From IMG/VR virus record IMGVR_UViG_3300034415_000120: 64,000 nt of DNA; one strand, given 5' to 3'. Of this stretch, positions 58,306-64,000 are shown one piece after another. The position numbers and the translations under genes are program-made. The notes under the pieces are model-generated. The model was not told the DNA's origin and searched no databases. It saw only the letters and a program-made list of their open reading frames with translations. Origin of the DNA: a virus. Positions within the stretch are counted from its first letter, which is position 1. Every line of letters begins with the position of its first letter.

Positions 58306-58499
58306 TTATTAGTAGCGGAGAGCTAGTACGAGAGTTAAGACGTATTGGGGATAATTTTATCACTGTTGAAGTTGAGAATAGAGAATATGTAATTGATATG
58401 ATTTCGCATAAACCAAATTGTGCTGATTCATTATGTACACATCTTGTTTTGAAATGTAAAGATGGTGGTAACGGTGAAATCAAAAGAATTTGCTCATAA
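58302..58499 (+). CDS. small hypothetical protein
   Basis: ORF (GTG start). Confidence 0.3.
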   Translation: MIISSGELVRELRRIGDNFITVEVENREYVIDMISHKPNCADSLCTHLVLKCKDGGNGEIKRICS

Positions 58500-59005
58500 G
58501 GATATGGAGGGCAAGTTAATAGTTGCATGTTGATAAAATTTGATATATCCCATTTATACAATTTATATATAAGAGAATTAAACACTATATGGACTATTAA
58601 TTTTTGGATAAATTTTTGAAACGCCCTCCATTAACAAATATTATATCACATTTGTGGAGAAAATAAACATATAAGAAAAAATTAGTAAGGAATCATAAAA
58701 CAATGACAGAAAAAGAGAAGAAACTACTTGTGGAACTTATATGCAACGAGCAGACACATATGATTCGTAAAGATCATACCAGATATGATACTGATGAATA
58801 TAAAGAATTAGAAGCATTGAAAATTAAGATTAAAGATATGTGAGGTGGTTATTATGAATGCAGTTGTTATCGGAGTTGGAGCTTTTATAATTGCGTGTTT
58901 GATTGTAATCGCATATATGTGCTTATGTTTAGCAATTTCAACGAAGGATAGAGAAAAGATGGAAAAGGAACTATTTAATAAGAGATTTAGTAAAGGAGAT
59001 AATGA

Positions 59006-61499
59006 ATGATTAGAATTATCAAAAAGGATGGGACTTTAGAAGATTTTGATGAACAAAAAATTGTAAATGCTTGTGATAAAGCCGCAAGACGAGCAATGTT
59101 TGAATTTTCAGAAAATGATTATTCTATTATTCTGAATGATGTTTGGCAAAAAATCGAAGAACTATATGAAGACGATTCCAATATTGAAATTTATGATATG
59201 CACAATATTGTAGAATCCGTGCTTGAAGAAGATTTTCCAGTTGTTGCAAAGATGTATAAAGAGTATAGAAATTACAAAAAAGATTTTGTTCATATGATGG
59301 ATAAGGTATATGAGAGAAGTCAAACTATCAGATATATTGGAGATAAAAACAATGCCAATACAGATAGTGCATTAGTAGCAACTAAAAGAAGTCTTATTTA
59401 CAATGAATTAAGTAGCCAATTATATAAGAAATTTTTCTTAACGCATGATGAAAAACAGGCTATGAAAGATGGATATATTTATATTCATGATAGAAGTGCA
59501 AGACTTGACACATTTAACTGTTGCTTATTTGATATTGGTTCAGTTATGAAGAATGGATTTGAAATGGGAAATATTTGGTATAATGAGCCAAATTATCTGG
59601 ACACTGCTTTTGATGTTATGGGAGATATTATTTTATCAACGGCTGCACAACAATATGGTGGTTTCACTGTACCAGAAGTAGACAAAATTTTAGAACCATA
59701 TGCAGAGAAAAGTTATGATAAATATTTTAATGAATATTTAGAAATTTGCGAAGATGTAAATGGTATTATTCCAGAAGTAATGGATTATAGATGTGAAAAA
59801 GCATGTGAATATGCAACTGAAAAAGTAGAACGTGACTTTGAACAGGGATGGCAAGGGATAGAATATAAATTAAATAGCGTTGGATCAAGTCGAGGTGACT
59901 ATCCGTTTGTAACAATGACCGTAGGGTTATCTACGAGCAAGTTTGGGAAAATGGCTGCGATTACATTATTAAATGTTCATAAAGAAGGTCAAGGTAAAAA
60001 CGGATTTAAACGCCCTGTATTATTCCCTAAAATTGTATTTCTTTACGACAAAGATTTACACGGAGATGGTTCTGAAAAATATCCAAGTGCAGATGTATTT
60101 AATGCAGGAATTGAATGTAGTGCAAAAACAATGTATCCAGATTGGTTATCATTAACAGGCGATGGATATGTGGCAGAAATGTATAAGAAATATAAACGAG
60201 TGGTAAGTCCGATGGGATGTAGGGCGTTCCTTTCACCTTGGTATGAAAAAGGTGGAATGCATCCAGTGGATGAAAATGACAAACCTGTTTTCGAAGGAAG
60301 ATTTAACTTGGGCGTTGTGAGTCTGCATCTTCCTATGATTCTTGCTAAAGCAAGAAGAGAATCTAAAGATTTCTATGACGTTCTTAATTATTATCTTGAA
60401 ATGATTCGTAATCTCCATAAACGTACATATGAATACATTGGCGAATTAAGAGCAAGTGTAAATCCTATTGCATTTTGTGAAGGTGGGTTACTTGGTGGTC
60501 ATTTAAAACCAGACGATAAAATTAAATCATTATTATCACCAATGACATTAAGTTATGGAATTACAGCGTTAAACGAACTTCAAAGATTATATAATGGCAA
60601 ATCTATCAGAGAAGATGGGGAATTTGCATTAGAAGTAATGAAGTATATCAATAATTATACAAATAAAATCAAAGAAGAAGATCATTTACTCTATGCAATT
60701 TACGGCACTCCTGCTGAGAGTTTATGTGGGTTGCAAATTAAGCAGTTCCGTAAGATTTATGGAATCGTAGAAAATGTATCAGATAGAGAATATGTAAGTA
60801 ATAGCTTTCACTGTCATGTATCAGAAGATATGAACCCTATCGAAAAGCAAGATAAAGAAGGAAGATTCTGGAATTATTTTAATGGTGGAAAAATTCAATA
60901 TTGCAGATATAATCTTGGGTACAATAAAGAAGCTATTAAAACATTGGTATTAAGAGCTATGGATAAAGGTTTCTATGAAGGTGTAAATCTTGCAATGTGC
61001 TATTGTGAAGATTGTGGGTATCAGCAAGTGGAGATGGATATATGTCCTAAGTGTGGAAGTAAAATGATTACAAAGATTGACAGGATAGAAAATCCGTTTG
61101 TCCTGTATAAATAGGTTAAATTGCGGGGACATCCCCATAATCCTATCTCGCTACAACGTAACTAGAAATGGTAAGCGTGAATGCGGTACATATTTATAAT
61201 ATATCAGCCGAAAGGTAGAAACCATAAAAAGTAGATAGGTTAGGGACAACCGAGTGTGCAAGTCACTCAGACGCAGCGAAATCTTCTTAACAGATCATGC
61301 TGATGAAGAACGTTCAGAGACTATAATCCTACATTGATTGTATAGTCCAACCCGTTATTCATATATGAATAAGAAATATTACGAAAGTGACGGTAATTAA
61401 AGATATTGGAACGGTTATCTAGGATTCACAAGAGTTCATGGTAAGACAAGATACAATGAGGCAAAAAATGCTGAAATTAAAGATAGGGTGAGCATGTGA
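59006..61499 (+). CDS. nrdD: Anaerobic ribonucleoside-triphosphate reductase NrdD, split by a group I intron (exon 1 59006-~61093; exon 2 ~61410-61499)
   Basis: ATP-cone N-terminus (MIRIIKKDGTLEDFDEQKI); C-terminal Zn ribbon CEDCGY...CPKCGS at the end of exon 1. The readthrough stops at 61114 without the glycyl-radical motif. Exon 2 (frame with GGT at 61413) encodes (N)GYLGFTRVHGKTRYNEAKNAEIKDRVSM*, matching the class III RVCGYLG....N.GK..E..RRV C-terminus. Confidence 0.75.
61094..61409 (+). ncRNA. Group I self-splicing intron in nrdD (~316 nt; boundaries +/- a few nt)
   Basis: Conserved R/S elements GTTCAGAGACTATA (61311-61324) and TATAGTCC (61341-61348) forming P7. The intron ends in G (61409) and exon 1 ends in U (61093). 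Higher GC and stop-rich, unlike the flanking coding DNA. Confidence 0.7.
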
Positions 61500-62116
61500 T
61501 TATAGATTTTAGACAAAAAATAAATGATGTATTTATAACTAATGAAGGGTATAAAATTCAAATCATTGACTACCTTGATACTAAAAATGTTCTAATTAAT
61601 TTTGTAGATAGACCAGATGTTCAAATTTGGTCTACTCTGCAAAATATTAAGAAAGGACAAATTAAAAATCCATATCATAGATCTGTATATAATAAAGGTT
61701 ATTATGGCATAGGGAAATATACCGCAAGAAAAAATAACGTAAAAACAGAAGAGTATGTAAAATGGATAAGTATGTTTGTAAGATGTTATGACGAAAAATA
61801 TCATATGAGACAACATACATATATTGGCTGTAAAGTATCAGAAGAATTTTGTAATTTCCAAAATTTTGCTGAATGGTATTCACATTATAAATACGATTGT
61901 AAATATCCATTAGAAATCGACAAAGATTTGTTATATGAAGGAAATAAAATTTATTCTCCAAGAACTTGTTGTGTGATACCTAAAGAAATTAATACAACAT
62001 TAAATAGTAAAAGACATGACATTTCTACAATGAAAAGTTTATACCAAAAATATAAAATGGATGTTCCTTATTATATAAGAACTGAATTGTATGAACTAAC
62101 AAAGGAGAATAAATAA
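61496..62116 (+). CDS. Free-standing ORF between nrdD exon 2 and nrdG; candidate homing-endonuclease-like or DNA-binding protein
   Basis: GTG start overlapping the nrdD exon-2 stop. The position (between nrd genes, next to an intron) is typical of freestanding HEGs. Only weak AP2-like similarity (YNKGYYGIGKYTARKN); no clear HNH/GIY-YIG/LAGLIDADG motif. Confidence 0.3.
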   Translation: MIIDFRQKINDVFITNEGYKIQIIDYLDTKNVLINFVDRPDVQIWSTLQNIKKGQIKNPYHRSVYNKGYYGIGKYTARKNNVKTEEYVKWISMFVRCYDEKYHMRQHTYIGCKVSEEFCNFQNFAEWYSHYKYDCKYPLEIDKDLLYEGNKIYSPRTCCVIPKEINTTLNSKRHDISTMKSLYQKYKMDVPYYIRTELYELTKENK

Positions 62117-62117
62117 T

Positions 62118-62675
62118 ATGAATTATCATAATATAACATATCCAGATCAAAACAATGGTGATGGATTAAGAATTGTATTATGGGTAGCTGGTTGTGAACA
62201 TCATTGTGCAAATTGCCAGAATCAACAAACGTGGAATCCGCAAAGTGGGATTCCATTTGATGAAAATTCAATGAATGAAATACGAAATGAGTTAAAAAAA
62301 GACTATATTAGTGGCATTACATTCAGTGGTGGTGACCCTTTACACCCTAAAAATGTACAAAATGTTCTGAAAATCGTAGATGAAATCCGAGTTTCATATC
62401 CCACTAAAAATATATGGTTATACACAGGATATACTTGGGAAGAAATCTGGATTAAAGATATAGTAAAAACTGGTGATAGAATTAAAAATATGAGACAAAA
62501 AGCAATTACAAATCTTCGCAGACAAGTAGTAAGTATGTGTGACGTACTTATAGATGGGAGATATGTTGATGAACTCAGAGATGTATCACTACATTGGATA
62601 GGTTCATCAAATCAGAGGGTTATTAATGTACAAGAAACATTGGAACAAAAACAAATAGTATTATGGGAGTCTTAA
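62118..62675 (+). CDS. nrdG: Anaerobic ribonucleotide reductase activating protein NrdG (radical SAM)
   Basis: N-terminus MNYHNITYPDQNNGDGLRIVLWVAGCEHHCANCQNQQTW matches the NrdG consensus (..VLFVSGC.H.C.GC.N..TW). Confidence 0.8.
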   Translation: MNYHNITYPDQNNGDGLRIVLWVAGCEHHCANCQNQQTWNPQSGIPFDENSMNEIRNELKKDYISGITFSGGDPLHPKNVQNVLKIVDEIRVSYPTKNIWLYTGYTWEEIWIKDIVKTGDRIKNMRQKAITNLRRQVVSMCDVLIDGRYVDELRDVSLHWIGSSNQRVINVQETLEQKQIVLWES

Positions 62676-63032
62676 TTGACTCCCGTACAAAAGGAGAAAA
62701 TTCTTATGGTAGAACCAAAAACATATCGTGTAAAACAACCGATTAGAGATAGAGATTTTGTATCTAATAATTTTAGAGTAACACCAACTCAGTATATACT
62801 GAACAAGCCATTATATACAGAAGAAATTATTCTTAATCTTACTGTAGATAAAGAAGATTACTTTGTATCAACAAATGTACGATATGCAAACGGAACATTA
62901 TTTGCACCATTTTATAATCCAGATGATAGAGGAAATAATAAACTCTATAAAAAAGTAGTAAAAGCATACAATAAATTCATGAATAATATGAAAGATGTTT
63001 TCGAGGAAATATCAGAGAATGAAAACTATTAA
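62676..63032 (+). CDS. hypothetical protein
   Basis: ORF. Confidence 0.4.
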   Translation: MTPVQKEKILMVEPKTYRVKQPIRDRDFVSNNFRVTPTQYILNKPLYTEEIILNLTVDKEDYFVSTNVRYANGTLFAPFYNPDDRGNNKLYKKVVKAYNKFMNNMKDVFEEISENENY

Positions 63033-63288
63033 TAAAGGAGATGTCGTATATTATACACGTATATTTCCAGAAACAGGCACATATGATTTGTGCGATTTAG
63101 TCATAAGAACTGTTATGAATAATTGGTTCTGTGGTGTAGACAAGAAAGACAAACGTGCATATCTATTAGGGTTCAACGAAATAGATGAAAATGTGTTTGA
63201 TACTCGTTCAATTGCTCTTAAAAGAATACACAATGCAGAACAAAAATATCCAAAAATAAACGGAGAAACATATTATGAAGAATATTGA
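62995..63288 (+). CDS. hypothetical protein
   Basis: ORF. Confidence 0.4.
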   Translation: MFSRKYQRMKTINKGDVVYYTRIFPETGTYDLCDLVIRTVMNNWFCGVDKKDKRAYLLGFNEIDENVFDTRSIALKRIHNAEQKYPKINGETYYEEY

Positions 63289-63499
63289 TGATAGCATTAA
63301 GCTAGAGTGGAATGTATTTATATACGATATAAATGAAAGGCAGATTGAATTATTTAATGTGTTTAATCATGGAAGATACAGACAGGAAATTATTAAGTTA
63401 TTAAATCATAAACATGATTTTAGGCTAAAAGAATTTACAGAAAAAGTAAAACGTCAACGATGTATTACTATTGGTGCAAGTGTGAATGGGAGATTTTAA
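63275..63499 (+). CDS. hypothetical protein
   Basis: ORF. Confidence 0.35.
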   Translation: MKNIDDSIKLEWNVFIYDINERQIELFNVFNHGRYRQEIIKLLNHKHDFRLKEFTEKVKRQRCITIGASVNGRF

Positions 63500-63610
63500 T
63501 TGCTCCTTGGATTGGTGATTTTGATAAGGAATCTGTAAAAATGGACGTGTATATGCAGTTAGAAATGAATTGGAATCACTACATAAAATATTTATGGGAG
63601 ATATAAATTT

Positions 63611-64000
63611 ATGCTTAAATATTATATACCAACAACCGAAGTGTGTATCAATTCTATTACTCCATTCCATATAAATTTGTATGCACCTAAGATATGTGAG
63701 AATTATCCTGATACAGATGTAATTAATATCAATTGGGATAACACAGAAGAAGAAATTCAAAAACTTGATATATGGCTTCCATTTGGAATTACGAAGCGAA
63801 GAAAAGGATTAAAATTATTCTTTTGGGATGATTTATTTACAAATGTTAAACAATGGAAAGAAGATTTAGATATAGAAATTAAAACATCTTGGAGAGAATA
63901 TAAGCCTACAATTAAAGAAATTATGGACTTCAAAGATAGTGATAAATCTATTCAATATCTTGTCGAACGTGGTCTTAATGCAAGTTCATTAATAAAATAA
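63611..64000 (+). CDS. hypothetical protein (runs to the window end)
   Basis: ORF. Confidence 0.4.
   Translation: MLKYYIPTTEVCINSITPFHINLYAPKICENYPDTDVININWDNTEEEIQKLDIWLPFGITKRRKGLKLFFWDDLFTNVKQWKEDLDIEIKTSWREYKPTIKEIMDFKDSDKSIQYLVERGLNASSLIK

Noticed and set aside
59006-61114. nrdD as a C-terminally truncated pseudogene
   Set aside because: The missing glycyl-radical segment is encoded in frame at ~61410-61499, downstream of a sequence with group I intron core motifs. A split gene is the better explanation.
61496-62116. The endonuclease-like ORF as intron-encoded
   Set aside because: nrdD exon 2 lies between the intron and this ORF, so the ORF is free-standing (start overlaps the exon-2 stop) rather than inside the intron.
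1-64000. CRISPR array or regularly spaced direct repeats
   Set aside because: The repeated motifs found (TGAAA-N6-TTTCA, the AT palindromes) are dispersed at gene starts, not a repeat-spacer array. No candidate array was seen on either strand.
1-64000. Minus-strand ORFs in the six-frame track (e.g. 2502-2909, 24324-24716, 31127-31465, 47033-47503)
   Set aside because: All lie wholly inside confident + strand genes, are low-complexity (S/L/F-rich antisense of AT-rich codons) and lack RBSs. Treated as shadow ORFs.

Overview
This window is all + strand, AT-rich and tightly packed, with AGGAGG-type ribosome-binding sites and many TTG/GTG starts. It reads as the early/middle (non-structural) region of a large low-GC Firmicutes-type phage. 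No capsid, terminase, tail or integrase genes are visible. A truncated tRNA 3' end sits at the window start.

Features recognised:
- **Accessory block (0.1-7.6 kb):** a 766-aa protein with a sigma-70 region-4-like HTH fused to a DUF262 (QR..W / DGQQR-like) domain and an acidic tail, followed by a ParB-N-like protein, a lipoprotein and a class-I SAM methyltransferase.
- **Two TnpB genes:** one degenerate and apparently nuclease-dead (7799-9025), one intact with a putative omegaRNA region (25637-26821). Neither has a TnpA.
- **Tandem paralogs** (9845 and 10395) sharing a conserved C-terminal module.
- **DNA-modification arsenal:** three cytosine-5 methyltransferases (two overlapping at 11143-12976, a small one at 29616), an SNF2-like helicase translationally coupled to a beta-class N6/N4 methyltransferase (15581-17853), and a PAPS-reductase-family PP-loop protein.
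- **tRNA-linked proteins:** a YpsA-like SLOG protein and a clear Thg1-like 3'-5' nucleotidyltransferase (21842-22744).
- **YopX-family protein** (24002-24451).
- **Many small Cys-rich/Zn-ribbon and membrane proteins.**
- **SPFH/band-7 protein** (34760-35707).
- **Replication module (39-56 kb):** SSB-like protein, Sak4/RecA-like ATPase, DnaB-like helicase, DnaG-type primase, RecJ-like DHH exonuclease, family-B DNA polymerase, RecD/Dda-like helicase, Gp157-like protein, NAD-dependent ligase.
- **Nucleotide-metabolism module (56-63 kb):** divergent ThyA-family enzyme, P-loop kinase, HAD phosphatase, and nrdD interrupted by a group I intron (exon 2 at ~61410-61499), followed by a free-standing endonuclease-like ORF and nrdG.

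Non-coding signals: a palindromic TGAAA-N6-TTTCA motif recurs about 10-25 nt upstream of at least 12 genes. Paired 12-bp AT palindromes (AC[A/T]ATATAT[A/T]GT, ~32 bp apart) occur at three loci.

No CRISPR array, rRNA or integrase was found.
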